64,000 nucleotides of DNA from Candidatus Wirthbacteria bacterium (lineage in GTDB: Bacteria > Patescibacteriota > CG2-30-54-11): positions 45,294 to 109,293 of the forward strand of contig CAISZI010000050.1 of NCBI GenBank assembly GCA_903889905.1, written 5' to 3'. The translations under genes were made by a program, and so were the position numbers. The notes under the pieces are model-generated. The model was not told where the DNA came from, did not search any database, and was given only the letters and a program-made list of their open reading frames with translations. This document shows positions 37,833 to 47,556 of this stretch, one piece after another; the first letter of the stretch is position 1, and every line of letters starts with the position of its first letter.

Positions 37833-37868
37833 TCGACCCGACATTACTTATTACCAACTGTTTGTACC

Positions 37869-38165
37869 ATGGCCCAAATCATCGACCTCACCGCTTCCCA
37901 GGAACTTCCTGCCGACTGCTACATTTACAAACATTCCACACGCTGTCCGATTTCAGCTTCGGTCGCCAGAACACTGCGCAAATTTGAAACTGACCTGCCC
38001 ATCTATTGGATTAACTGCCTGGAGAGCCCAGCCATTTCCGACTGGGTTGCCCACAAGTATCATGTCGAACACGAAACCCCGCAACTGATCAAAGTCCAGG
38101 AAGGCAAAGTCGTCAACACCCTCGCCCACTACTTTATCAGCGATCGTAACCTGCAAAAGGCCTGA
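37869..38165 (+). CDS. YtxJ-like thioredoxin-fold protein, paralog 2 (canonical TRCPIS motif)
   Basis: 'YKHSTRCPISAS' matches the YtxJ 'TCPIS' redox motif. Confidence 0.6.
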   Translation: MAQIIDLTASQELPADCYIYKHSTRCPISASVARTLRKFETDLPIYWINCLESPAISDWVAHKYHVEHETPQLIKVQEGKVVNTLAHYFISDRNLQKA

Positions 38166-38166
38166 C

Positions 38167-38970
38167 ATGCCGGAACTTCCCGAAGTCCAAACCGTGGTAA
38201 CTGGCCTGCAACAGATTGTCGGCAAAACCATTCTGTCTTGGCGCGAGCTGCGTTCGGGCACGGTGCTCCAACACCTGCCGTCCAATACGTCCGCCCAGCA
38301 CCTGGGAATCATCAAAACGGTCACACGTCGTGGCAAGTACATCCTGATCACCACTTCAACACAAATAACCGTCGTCATTCACTTACGCATGACAGGACGG
38401 CTGCTCATGAAAAATAAAAACGCTCCGTTGGCCAAACACACCCAGGCACTGATCCAGTTTCAGGACAACACCTGCCTGCACTTTGTTGACCCGCGTACCT
38501 TTGGCAAAATAGAAATCTACCCTCACGACCAGCAACCACACGCATTGCAAGTCATGGGCCCGGAACCACTAGAGAGTGCTTTCAATCCCGCTTATCTGTT
38601 GGCACTAACCAGGCGCCGCACGGCACCGATTAAGAACCTGATACTCAACCAGAGCGTCGTGGCTGGGCTCGGCAATATCTATGTTTGTGAAGCACTCTAC
38701 CGCGCCCGTATCCGGCCCCAGAGGACGGCAGCAAGCCTGACCCTCCCCGAAGCAAAACGTCTTTATCAGGCTATTGTGGACCTACTCGCGGCAGCAATTG
38801 CTCACCAGGGCACCACTTTTTCTGACTACCGCACGATCCGCGACCAGTCCGGCAATTTTCAACAATTCCTGCGCGTTTATCACAAAAACACATGCCCTGA
38901 GGGCCACATTATTAAAATCATCCGCCAGGCTGGCCGGTCATCTTTTTATTGCCCAACCTGTCAAAAATAG
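38167..38970 (+). CDS. mutM: Formamidopyrimidine-DNA glycosylase (Fpg/MutM)
   Basis: N-terminal 'MPELPEV' (catalytic Pro2/Glu3), H2TH region, C-terminal zinc finger 'CPTCQK'. Confidence 0.85.
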   Translation: MPELPEVQTVVTGLQQIVGKTILSWRELRSGTVLQHLPSNTSAQHLGIIKTVTRRGKYILITTSTQITVVIHLRMTGRLLMKNKNAPLAKHTQALIQFQDNTCLHFVDPRTFGKIEIYPHDQQPHALQVMGPEPLESAFNPAYLLALTRRRTAPIKNLILNQSVVAGLGNIYVCEALYRARIRPQRTAASLTLPEAKRLYQAIVDLLAAAIAHQGTTFSDYRTIRDQSGNFQQFLRVYHKNTCPEGHIIKIIRQAGRSSFYCPTCQK

Positions 38971-39096
38971 TTACCATGCCTCTACTCCATGCAAAGCACT
39001 GGCATGTCGCTTGCATCAACAAAGAGCACTAGACAAATATTCATACGCGCGCTATATTAGTATAGTCAACATGTTAATCAATATCAAAGGAACGTT

Positions 39097-39585
39097 ATGT
39101 TAACCCCCAAACTCAAAGCTGAGCTCAACAACCAGATCAAGCATGAAACCGCTTCGGCGTTCGCCTATGCCGCCATGGAATCCTATTTCCAAACCCAAAG
39201 CCTGAGCGGTTTTGCCCATTTCTTCCGCCTGCAAGGCAAAGAAGAGCTGAACCACGCCAGCAAATTTGTTGAATTCCTGTTTGACCGTGGCGAAGGCGTC
39301 ACCTACCAGACCATTGAAGCTCCCAAAGCTGAATTCACCTCAGTGCCGGAAATCTTCGACGCTGCACTCAAGCATGAACAGTTCATCACCAGCCGCATCA
39401 ACCTGCTCATGGATCTCGCCATCGCCGAAAAGGACTATCCCACTCAATCGTTCCTCAAATGGTTTGTCGACGAACAGGTCGAAGAAGAACAAAACATGCA
39501 AACCATCATCGACCAACTCAAACTCTCTGGCGGCCACGGCGGCGCACTGCTGATGCTTGACCATCGCCTGGGCAAAAGAGAATAA
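39097..39585 (+). CDS. Ferritin-like iron-storage protein (non-haem ferritin)
   Basis: Ferroxidase-site residues spaced as in FtnA ('HETASAF...EELNHA...EQV'); ~160 aa four-helix bundle. Confidence 0.7.
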   Translation: MLTPKLKAELNNQIKHETASAFAYAAMESYFQTQSLSGFAHFFRLQGKEELNHASKFVEFLFDRGEGVTYQTIEAPKAEFTSVPEIFDAALKHEQFITSRINLLMDLAIAEKDYPTQSFLKWFVDEQVEEEQNMQTIIDQLKLSGGHGGALLMLDHRLGKRE

Positions 39586-39610
39586 GACTCAGATCAACAA
39601 TTTTTCCCAT

Positions 39611-39640
39611 AAACAGCGCCCATTAGGGCGCTGTTTTGCA
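39611..39640 (+). terminator. Rho-independent terminator after ferritin gene
   Basis: AACAGCGCCC-attag-GGCGCTGTTTTG directly downstream of the stop. Confidence 0.55.
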
Positions 39641-39706
39641 TCTGTGGCAAAAAAGATACTTTGCAGGTATAATTACTATCCTGCCTTTTTTTAATGAGCT
39701 TCCAGT

Positions 39707-40156
39707 ATGGATTTACGTGAAAACACATCAGGCTCTCTGGATAAACTTTCGACTCTTGGGTTTATATTACCCGATTTGGCAGAATTACCCTTCAATCCAG
39801 ATTGGCGTTGGTTCAATGCTGTCAACCAAGAAATTTTCCATACCGACGATCAGGGTGAATTACTTTTACAAACACAAGTGGAAAATACCGATGGCAGCGT
39901 TACTGTCATTGATGCCTACTTCGCAAACAAAACTCTTCGCAAACTTGTCAAAACTGACCTCACAAAAGAATCGACGAAATCCGGTATCCACGTTGTTTTC
40001 GCACAAACTTTCACCACCTCGACTTTCGATTATCAGCTCGGAACATTTAGCGTCGAAACAATAACGCAAACTGCAAGAATCGTTCAAATACCTGGAGCTA
40101 ATGCAGGTGGTATAACAAAAGATTATCAAACAAATGCGCCGAATTCCCCCCTTTAG
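39707..40156 (+). CDS. Hypothetical protein
   Basis: 149-aa ORF, no family recognised. Confidence 0.4.
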   Translation: MDLRENTSGSLDKLSTLGFILPDLAELPFNPDWRWFNAVNQEIFHTDDQGELLLQTQVENTDGSVTVIDAYFANKTLRKLVKTDLTKESTKSGIHVVFAQTFTTSTFDYQLGTFSVETITQTARIVQIPGANAGGITKDYQTNAPNSPL

Positions 40157-40334
40157 AGAGATCTCTTTCTGATTTCAACCACGAAGAAATCACACAACAT
40201 AATAATGCCCTGGCTGCGTGGAAAAAAATGGTGCAGCCAACAAAGGAAGAGGTAGGCGCTCAAGGGGTTGGGGATGACAGATCCTTACGACGGGCCCAGC
40301 CTGTTGACCCTAATTGATAGTTTCGCCCAGTACA

Positions 40335-41171
40335 CTATTCCAGAACTTTATAGTACTTTTGCATCAACAATGCATCTTCTTCCAGATTCGGGCTTTCGCA
40401 CACTACTTCACCTTTGACGTCAAATTCACGTAACACGTCCAGGATCTCCCGCCACTTGAGGTCTGACTCCTCCAGCACGAGGTGATGCTGCTCACCCTTG
40501 TCGCTGTAAGCAATGCCGGACATGTGAATATACATATGGTCAAGCATCGCACGGCCCAGGCCTTTTTCTAACGCTGTCATGATCGCGCCAAATTCTTCGG
40601 CTGTATTGTTCTTTCCACCCGTACGCGCATGGGCGTGAGCAAAATCAATGCACGGCAACACACCCACCACTTCCTGGCTCAAACGAATCAGCTCGTCCAG
40701 GTCGCCAAATTGTGTGGCTTTGCCCGTGAGCTCAGGCCGGATCATGACATCGTCGATGCCTTCGTCATGCATAGACTGTTTGAGTTTAAGCAGTGCGGTT
40801 TTTACCAGGCCGTAAACGACTTCTTTGTCTTGTTTCTGATAAAAGGCCGAATGGAATGTGAACCATTTTGCGCCCAGATGGTGACAGGCACGAGCGGTGT
40901 TGAGTAAATAATGATGTGACGCCTCAATCTTGGGAGGTTCCAACGAGGCCAAATTTACATAGTAAGGTCCGTGCGCCGACAGTAGAATCTCCTTGGCTTT
41001 GGCCATAGAACCTACGCGCTGGGCTTCTTCAGCTTTCATGCGTGCCCCATGCACAAACTCAATTTCCATGGCCCCGAGTCCAAGCTCGGCAATGCGTTCG
41101 ACGCCCTCAAAACTGCTGCGTCCAGCCGCACTTAGCGGCGTGCCACCAGTCCCGAAAAGCAACGTATCCAT
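40335..41171 (-). CDS. nfo: AP endonuclease family 2 (endonuclease IV, Nfo-like TIM barrel)
   Basis: 'LSAHGPYYVNLAS' matches Endo IV 'HAPYLINLAS'; His/Asp/Glu metal-ligand spacing of the xylose-isomerase-like barrel. Confidence 0.65.
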   Translation of the reverse strand: MDTLLFGTGGTPLSAAGRSSFEGVERIAELGLGAMEIEFVHGARMKAEEAQRVGSMAKAKEILLSAHGPYYVNLASLEPPKIEASHHYLLNTARACHHLGAKWFTFHSAFYQKQDKEVVYGLVKTALLKLKQSMHDEGIDDVMIRPELTGKATQFGDLDELIRLSQEVVGVLPCIDFAHAHARTGGKNNTAEEFGAIMTALEKGLGRAMLDHMYIHMSGIAYSDKGEQHHLVLEESDLKWREILDVLREFDVKGEVVCESPNLEEDALLMQKYYKVLE

Positions 41172-41183
41172 GTTGCCCCATTT

Positions 41184-41714
41184 CTAGAGTAAGACGACTT
41201 TTTCTAATTGCAGTAATTTACTTTTTTTGTCTATGCCACCACCGTACCCGCCCATGCGGTGGCCTTCTGCCAGTACCCGATGACAGGGAACAACGATCGG
41301 GAGCGGATTGGCACCACAGGCCTGACCAACAGCTTGAAAACCTTGCGTTTGTCCAATGGAACGACCCAGCTCGGCATAACTCTTGACCTGACCGTAGGCA
41401 ATTTGGGCAATCGCCGTCCAGATTTTTTGTTGATAAGGTGTACCACGTGGATCCAATGGCACGTCAAACTGAACAAGTCTGCCTTTGAAATAACGCCGCA
41501 GCTGCGCCTTCATTTTTTTGAGCAGTACATAATCCCGTTCAATGGCATCCACCGCGTCCACATGTTTTTTGAGCCATTGTTTAAAATGGGCGCGACTTCC
41601 AAATTCTATCCTGCATACCCCTTTGGGGGTTGCAGCGAGGTACAATTTACCGAGCGGGGAAGCAAAGGAACTCACATAGAGATTTTCCATGATGATCCTC
41701 GTTGATTTAGGCAT
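41184..41714 (-). CDS. ogt: Methylated-DNA--protein-cysteine methyltransferase (Ogt/MGMT)
   Basis: Active-site 'IVVPCHRVL' and 'AVGQACGANP' blocks. Confidence 0.8.
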   Translation of the reverse strand: MPKSTRIIMENLYVSSFASPLGKLYLAATPKGVCRIEFGSRAHFKQWLKKHVDAVDAIERDYVLLKKMKAQLRRYFKGRLVQFDVPLDPRGTPYQQKIWTAIAQIAYGQVKSYAELGRSIGQTQGFQAVGQACGANPLPIVVPCHRVLAEGHRMGGYGGGIDKKSKLLQLEKVVLL

Positions 41715-41795
41715 CCCAATTCAAACGCATTGTAGCATAAAAAAAGAGACAGCCCCGAGGGGTTGTCTCTTTTGTGATATCAGAGGGAAGGAGAA

Positions 41796-42068
41796 CTACT
41801 TGACGGAATCCTTGAGGCCTTTGCCGGAAACGAAGGCTGGGGCTTTGGAGGCTGCGATCGGGATGTTCTCGCCGGTGCGGGGATTGCGACCAGTGCGGGC
41901 GCTGCGATGACGAACCACAAAGGTACCAAAACCTGTAACTTGCACTTTGCCACCTTTTTTCAAGGTCTTGGTCACGCCTTCGATCAAAGCTGCCAAAGCG
42001 TCGCTGGCGGCCTTCTTCGTGATATTGGCCTTGCTGGCGATGTAGTCGATGAGTTCTGTCTTGTTCAC
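41796..42068 (-). CDS. hup: HU-family DNA-binding protein (GTG start)
   Basis: 'NKTELIDYIASKANITKKAASDALAAL...GFGTFVVRHRSARTGRNPRTGE' is the HU/IHF fold signature. The ORF-track N-terminal extension was rejected. Confidence 0.8.
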   Translation of the reverse strand: MNKTELIDYIASKANITKKAASDALAALIEGVTKTLKKGGKVQVTGFGTFVVRHRSARTGRNPRTGENIPIAASKAPAFVSGKGLKDSVK

Positions 42069-42238
42069 GGGAATCCTCCTATTTGGATAAATAAACGGAA
42101 AAATCAATTTGCTGGTTTAAACCCTTGGGTAATATAGCCTAAACGATGACTTAATGCAAGTGCCCCAAGGGGTCTGACGTTTTTCATTGAAATTCCCTCC
42201 ACTGTCTTAACGGGGGAGGGCAGGGTGGGGGTAATTTC

Positions 42239-43771
42239 TTACTTAGCAAATTCCACTGCGCGCGTCTCACGGATCACATTGACTTTGATCTGGCCAGGAT
42301 ACTCCAGACCTTCCTCGATTTTCTTGGCAACTTCAATCGCAATCATTTTGGACTTGAGATCATCGACTTCTTCGGGGTTGACCATGATGCGGATTTCACG
42401 ACCTGCCTGAATAGCAAAGGACTTCTGCACGCCCTGGACGTTGTTGGCGATTTCCTCAAGCTTGGTGAGGCGTTCGATGTAATTCTCAATCGTCCCGTGA
42501 CGTGCGCCCGGACGGGCACCGGAGATGGCGTCGGCCGACATGACAATAAAGTCTTCGGGGGATTTGGGTGGTACATCTTCGTGGTGGGCACGCACAGCAT
42601 AGACAACGCGGTCACTGAAACCGAGCTTCTGCAGCAAGTCCGCGCCAATCGTGGCATGTCCGCCTTCAACTTTGTGGTCAATGGCTTTGCCAATATCATG
42701 CAGCAATGCGGCTTTGCGGCAGAGTGCCACATCAGCGCCAACTTCGGAGGCCATCAAGGCCGCGAGGTGGGACGCTTCGATACAGTTGCTCAGAACACTT
42801 TGACCAAAACTGTAACGGAATTTCAGGCTACCCAGGAGCCGCGTAACGTCCGCCCGCAGGCCAGGGACCTTGGCTTCAACGGCAGCTTTCTGCCCTTCTT
42901 CCATAATCACTTTTTCGACTTCCTTGGTCGACTTCTCCACCATCTCTTCGATGCGGGCCGGATGAATACGACCATCCTGAATCAACTTGCTCAGGGTGAC
43001 ACGGGCCACCTCACGACGGATCGGATCAAAGCTTGAGATGACGATCGTCTCAGGGGTGTCATCAATAATGAAATCCACACCCAGCGCTTTTTCCAGGGCA
43101 CGGATATTGCGGCCTTCACGACCGATAATCCGCCCCTTCATTTCGTCGGTGGGTAGCGGTACGGAAGTCGTGGTGACTTCGGAGGTATGCTCAGTCGCCA
43201 TGCGCTGAATCGCAATGGTGATGATTTCGCGCGCCTTGCGGTCGGCTTCTTCTTTGGTTGCGGTTTCGACCTCTCGGATGAGGCGCAGGGCGTCTTCCTT
43301 GATATCGGATTCAACGCGGGAGAGCAACTCTTCTTTGGCCTGCTCCGCAGTCATTTCAGCAACTTGCTCGAGTTTCTGGTTAATTTCTTTGACACGTCCT
43401 TCTACTTGTTCCCGCTGTTTGACAATTGCCTGGCCTTGTAAATCCAGTTGCTGGATTTTGCTTTCAACCGTTTCATAACGTTTATCGAGTGCTTCTTCGC
43501 GCTGAGACAACCGCTTTTGCTCGCTTAAAATTTCAGCCCGCATTTTTTCGGCGTGGCTATCGGCATTTTCCTTGATCTTCAAAGCTTCGGTCTTGGCTTC
43601 CAGGACTAACTCTTTTTGTTTCTGCAACGACTCAGAGAGTTCCTGCTGCGCTTTGGCTTTTTCCTGTTCGAGCTTTTGCTTGTTGAGCATTGGCAGCAGC
43701 AGAAAACCAAACCCGACTCCGATTGCCCCCCCCAGCACCACGGCGATGAGGGCAACAATTAGCATGTCCAT
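42239..43771 (-). CDS. rny: Ribonuclease Y
   Basis: N-terminal TM, long coiled coil, KH domain 'GRIIGREGRNIRALE', HD domain 'LLHDIGKAIDH'. Confidence 0.85.
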   Translation of the reverse strand: MDMLIVALIAVVLGGAIGVGFGFLLLPMLNKQKLEQEKAKAQQELSESLQKQKELVLEAKTEALKIKENADSHAEKMRAEILSEQKRLSQREEALDKRYETVESKIQQLDLQGQAIVKQREQVEGRVKEINQKLEQVAEMTAEQAKEELLSRVESDIKEDALRLIREVETATKEEADRKAREIITIAIQRMATEHTSEVTTTSVPLPTDEMKGRIIGREGRNIRALEKALGVDFIIDDTPETIVISSFDPIRREVARVTLSKLIQDGRIHPARIEEMVEKSTKEVEKVIMEEGQKAAVEAKVPGLRADVTRLLGSLKFRYSFGQSVLSNCIEASHLAALMASEVGADVALCRKAALLHDIGKAIDHKVEGGHATIGADLLQKLGFSDRVVYAVRAHHEDVPPKSPEDFIVMSADAISGARPGARHGTIENYIERLTKLEEIANNVQGVQKSFAIQAGREIRIMVNPEEVDDLKSKMIAIEVAKKIEEGLEYPGQIKVNVIRETRAVEFAK

Positions 43772-44042
43772 GCTATCCCTTTATATATGAATAAAAGGGA
43801 ATAATTCTGGGTGAATAGAACAACCGAACGGGCTATCCCCCGTTCTCCAGGCAGCGCATAAAGGCGTTTAAATGCTTTTGTTTCAAGGTTGATGGGTTTC
43901 AAAGGAATCAAATCATTTTTTAACTGCGACTGGGTTCCAGACACTCCAGAACAACTCCCCTAGATCGACGATAACGGGTTCATTATGGCGGCGAGGGAGC
44001 GGCCTGTCAAGCAATCCAAGCTGGTGTAAGCGTAGGGGAAAT

Positions 44043-45281
44043 TCATGAATTTCCCTTTCCTCTCCCCGGATCTGCCGCTTCCACCGCAGTGAGCAGTCGC
44101 TCATAACGTTGCTTTTTCACGATTTTGGGCACGTCATCCACCCAATGCGTGGCAGCAAAAGTTCCCGGCCGAGGAGAATACATGGCCAGGTAAGCCACAT
44201 TAAAACGAACCGTTCTTACCAGCGCAAGCGTTGCCTCGAAATCCTCATCAGTTTCACCACAAAATCCGACAATCAAATCCGTGCCCAGCTCAATATCGGG
44301 GACAGTCTGACGAATCCTTGAGGCAAGGTCGGTAAATTCCTCGGCCGTGTGCCGTCGGTTCATGCGCTTCAAGACAGCGTTACTACCCGACTGCACGGCC
44401 ATATGTAGAAACCGGTCGATTTTGGGCAGTTTGAGCACCTCAATCATGTCCTGCGTGAAATCAAACGGATTGGAACTAACAAAGGAAAGTTTGCTCAAGC
44501 CTTCCAACGCATGGATCTCACGCAGCAAACTCGCAAACGGAAGCGGCTGATTGGAATTAATCCGGATTGCCTTTTTTTCCTCTGGTGATGCAATGCCCCA
44601 TGAATTCACATTTTGACCAAGCAGCGTGATGTGCTCATAGCCCTGCCCCACAAGTGCCTTCACTTCGTCCAAAATCATCTGGCGATCTTTGCTGCGTTCC
44701 TCGCCACGCGCATGTGGTACCACACAATAGGTACAAAAATTGTCGCAACCTTCAGAAATTTTGATATACGCATGTGATCCTTCTTTCCGTCTGGCCCGTA
44801 GGGGCGTGCCGTGGCCCGCCCTTTCCCCTCCCACCACCCCCGACGTCATCCCTTCCTTCATCAAAATCGTCGGTAGTTGCTCGCCGTAGCTTCCCTGGTC
44901 CACAAAATAATCAACAAAATTCGCCCGGCGCGCCAGTTCTGTTTCATTGATGCGCTTACGTTTGCCGCGCGCCGACCCGACCATGCAGCCGGTCAGAATG
45001 ACAAGTGGCAATCCGTCTTGCTGCACTGCCTCACCACCGGGCAAATTGCCGCTACCAAAAATCCGTTTGCCTTGCTTCTCCCACTTCTTGCCCCAGCCGT
45101 AGACTTTGTCTTCGGCAATCTGGCGCACCGAACAGGAGTTTAGAATGACAACCTCGGCATCCCGCCAGGTTTGGGCCGCGACCAGTCCTAACGCCTCACA
45201 CAAACCAGCCATTTCTTCGGCTTCGGCCGTGTTCATTTGACAGCCATAGGACTGGATGAAATATTTTTTTTGGGCAGTCAA
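44043..45281 (-). CDS. miaB: Radical SAM methylthiotransferase (MiaB/RimO family)
   Basis: UPF0004 N-domain 'QSYGCQMN', radical SAM 'EGCDNFCTYCVVP', C-terminal TRAM. Confidence 0.75.
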   Translation of the reverse strand: MTAQKKYFIQSYGCQMNTAEAEEMAGLCEALGLVAAQTWRDAEVVILNSCSVRQIAEDKVYGWGKKWEKQGKRIFGSGNLPGGEAVQQDGLPLVILTGCMVGSARGKRKRINETELARRANFVDYFVDQGSYGEQLPTILMKEGMTSGVVGGERAGHGTPLRARRKEGSHAYIKISEGCDNFCTYCVVPHARGEERSKDRQMILDEVKALVGQGYEHITLLGQNVNSWGIASPEEKKAIRINSNQPLPFASLLREIHALEGLSKLSFVSSNPFDFTQDMIEVLKLPKIDRFLHMAVQSGSNAVLKRMNRRHTAEEFTDLASRIRQTVPDIELGTDLIVGFCGETDEDFEATLALVRTVRFNVAYLAMYSPRPGTFAATHWVDDVPKIVKKQRYERLLTAVEAADPGRGKGNS

Positions 45282-45283
45282 GT

Positions 45284-47122
45284 TTATCCCCAGATTTCTA
45301 GACTTCTCGTTTTGACGAGTTCCGCAACCTTGGCGACAAAGTCTGCAACGGGTACAGCACCTTTGTTTTCTTCTGTCCGCAAACGAAGTGCCACAGCGTT
45401 GGCTTCAATTTCCTTGTCTCCCACCACCAGCATATAAGGAATTTTCTGCAGTTGCGCGGCGCGGATCTTCTGGTTCATACGTTCGCCGCTAGCATCGATC
45501 TCTGTGCGAATTCCGGCCGCAACCAGCTGCGCCTTGACAGTATTGGCATACTCAAGATGACGGTCTGAAATCGGCACAATCATGGCCTGCACCGGCGCGA
45601 GCCAGACCGGGAATGCACCGGCATAATATTCAATCAGGAAAGCCATGGTACGTTCAAAAGCGCCAATCGAAGAACGATGGACGACGACCGGCTCCTGTTC
45701 CGAGCCATCCGGTGCCACAAACCGCATTTCGAACCGCTTGGGCATGACAAAGTCGTATTGCACTGTAAACGCCGTCTCTTCTTGACCACTGATCTTTTTC
45801 ATCTGGATATCAATTTTGGGACCATAGAACGCAGCTTCTCCAGCCGCTTCAAAGTAGGGCGCCTTTTCTTCGATCAAAACTTCACGCAAAACATTCTCGG
45901 CATGATCCCAGGCCGCGTCATCCTTGTAATATTTCTCGGTATTGCTGCGATCTCCCAACGACAAACGATAACGGTAATCCTCGCCACGTTTGAGGCCAAA
46001 GACCGCATTGATCTCGTCAATGAGCGTCAGCACCCGTTTCACTTCTTCTTTGGCCTGCTCTTTTTGACAAATGATGTGAGCATCGGCAAGACAAAACATG
46101 CGGACACGCATCAAACCGGTGAGCTCTCCGCTTTTTTCGTACCGAAACTGCGGGCTGAGTTCGGCGATTCGAAGCGGCAACTCGCGATAGCTGCGTGGTT
46201 TGGATTTATACAGCATAAAGTGGTGCGGGCAGGTCATGGGCCGCAAAATCAGTTCATCGTCATCCACCTGCATCACCGGGTACATAGTGTCTTTGTAATA
46301 CGGATAGTGGCCGGACGTTTTATAAAGTTCAGTCTTGGCAATCGGCGGCGTGATCACGTGTTGATAACCCCAGGCATTTTCTTTTTCCAGCACCAGTTTC
46401 TCCAGTTCGCGGCGGATGACCGTGCCTTTGGGTGTGAGCATCGGCAATCCCTTGCCGATCAAGTCGGCAAAGACGAACAAGTCCAAATCCTGACCCAGTT
46501 TGCGATGATCACGACGTTTGGCTTCTTCCTGGCGGAAGAGGTAATCCTCAAGTTCCTGCTTGGTATGAAATGCGGTGCCGTAGATGCGGGATAGCATCTT
46601 GTTTTTCTCGTCGCCATGCCAGTAGGCGCCAGCCACGGAAAGAAGCTTGAACGGTCCGATCTGGCCGGTCGCTTCCACGTGCGGGCCTCGACACAGATCG
46701 ACAAACTCTTCGCCTGTCCAATAAACCGTGATCGTCTTGTCTCCGCGCTGTTCAAAAATATCTAACCATTCCAATTTGTAAGGGTTGTCTTTGAACATGG
46801 CCCGCCCCTGGTCAAAGGTCACTTCTTCGCGGCGGATTGGCATGTTGGCCTCAACGATTTTCTTCATTTCGGCTTCAATTGCCGGGAAATCCTCAGGTGC
46901 AATCTTGAGGCTCGGATCGACATGATCGCTGTCATGATAAAACCCTTCTTCCGTGGCTGGCCCCATAGCCGCTTTAATCCGATCGGCGCCATAAATCCGG
47001 TTGAGTGCCTGATGCAGCACATGTTCTGTGCTATGCCGCATGGCGGCTAAATCGACTTTTTCCATGGTTTCTCCTTGGTTAGTGGGATAGTCAGGATTGA
47101 AGTGTAATTCTGATTTACTCAT
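45284..47122 (-). CDS. thrS: Threonyl-tRNA synthetase (lacks the N-terminal TGS domain)
   Basis: Editing-domain 'RHSTEHVLHQAL', class II motifs, 'HRSSIGAFERTMAFLIEYY', C-terminal anticodon-binding domain. The protein starts ~40 aa later than E. coli ThrRS. Confidence 0.9.
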   Translation of the reverse strand: MSKSELHFNPDYPTNQGETMEKVDLAAMRHSTEHVLHQALNRIYGADRIKAAMGPATEEGFYHDSDHVDPSLKIAPEDFPAIEAEMKKIVEANMPIRREEVTFDQGRAMFKDNPYKLEWLDIFEQRGDKTITVYWTGEEFVDLCRGPHVEATGQIGPFKLLSVAGAYWHGDEKNKMLSRIYGTAFHTKQELEDYLFRQEEAKRRDHRKLGQDLDLFVFADLIGKGLPMLTPKGTVIRRELEKLVLEKENAWGYQHVITPPIAKTELYKTSGHYPYYKDTMYPVMQVDDDELILRPMTCPHHFMLYKSKPRSYRELPLRIAELSPQFRYEKSGELTGLMRVRMFCLADAHIICQKEQAKEEVKRVLTLIDEINAVFGLKRGEDYRYRLSLGDRSNTEKYYKDDAAWDHAENVLREVLIEEKAPYFEAAGEAAFYGPKIDIQMKKISGQEETAFTVQYDFVMPKRFEMRFVAPDGSEQEPVVVHRSSIGAFERTMAFLIEYYAGAFPVWLAPVQAMIVPISDRHLEYANTVKAQLVAAGIRTEIDASGERMNQKIRAAQLQKIPYMLVVGDKEIEANAVALRLRTEENKGAVPVADFVAKVAELVKTRSLEIWG

Positions 47123-47134
47123 TTTTCCTCCCTG

Positions 47135-47305
47135 TTATTCAAATGTCCGATTGTGTTCAGCTTCAACGTCCTTGATTCCCTTCCGTTGAAACAACGGATG
47201 ATCTTCAATGATTTGCCACATTTTATTACGTGTTTCTTCATCCAACTTTTTTCCCTTGAGGTCAATTCCTAACGTTTGCAAAAACTGCAGTTCAGCATCG
47301 TTCAT
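47135..47305 (-). CDS. Small ORF (56 aa) between thrS leader terminator and thrS
   Basis: Own translation: MNDAELQFLQTLGIDLKGKKLDEETRNKMWQIIEDHPLFQRKGIKDVEAEHNRTFE. Below the ORF-track cutoff; no homolog recognised. Confidence 0.3.
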   Translation of the reverse strand: MNDAELQFLQTLGIDLKGKKLDEETRNKMWQIIEDHPLFQRKGIKDVEAEHNRTFE

Positions 47306-47342
47306 ATCTTACTCCTGACAAAAGGTAAACGCGGACGAAAAT

Positions 47343-47504
47343 AAAAAATCCCGCCTCATCCAAACGATGAGACGGGACTAAAGTTCCGTGGTTCCACTCA
47401 ATTTCTACTTGATGTTGATAAGGCGGTGGCGTCCGCACGACCGAAGGTGGTTGTTGGGGATTTGCCGGCTTGCACTGTTTCCGGATCGCTGTGGCAAAAA
47501 GTAT
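47343..47504 (-). promoter_or_regulatory. Candidate T-box riboswitch leader with promoter and intrinsic terminator upstream of thrS
   Basis: On the minus strand. Promoter TTGCAT-17nt-TATACT (plus coordinates 47529..47499). T-box-like sequence AATTGAGTGGAACCACGG (47403..47386; consensus AATTAGGGTGGTACCGCGG). Terminator hairpin CCCGTCTCATCG-ttt-GGATGAGGCGGG plus UUUUUU (47376..47343). Confidence 0.45.
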
Positions 47505-47527
47505 AAGACAAAGGTTCTAAAAATGCA

Positions 47528-47556
47528 AAATCCCATCTCAGATTGAGATGGGATTT
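47528..47556 (-). terminator. Rho-independent terminator of 47584..48168
   Basis: AAATCCCATCTCA-gat-TGAGATGGGATTT with U-tract on the minus strand. Confidence 0.55.

Noticed and set aside
38971-39096. Fur/PerR box upstream of ferritin gene
   Set aside because: Only partial dyads (CTATATTAGTATAG) that do not match the 7-1-7 TTATAATnATTATAA/Fur consensus well enough to call.
41796-42107. Extended HU ORF starting MIFPFIYPNRR
   Set aside because: The HU family alignment starts at VNKTELID; the GTG at 42066-42068 gives the canonical ~90-aa protein.
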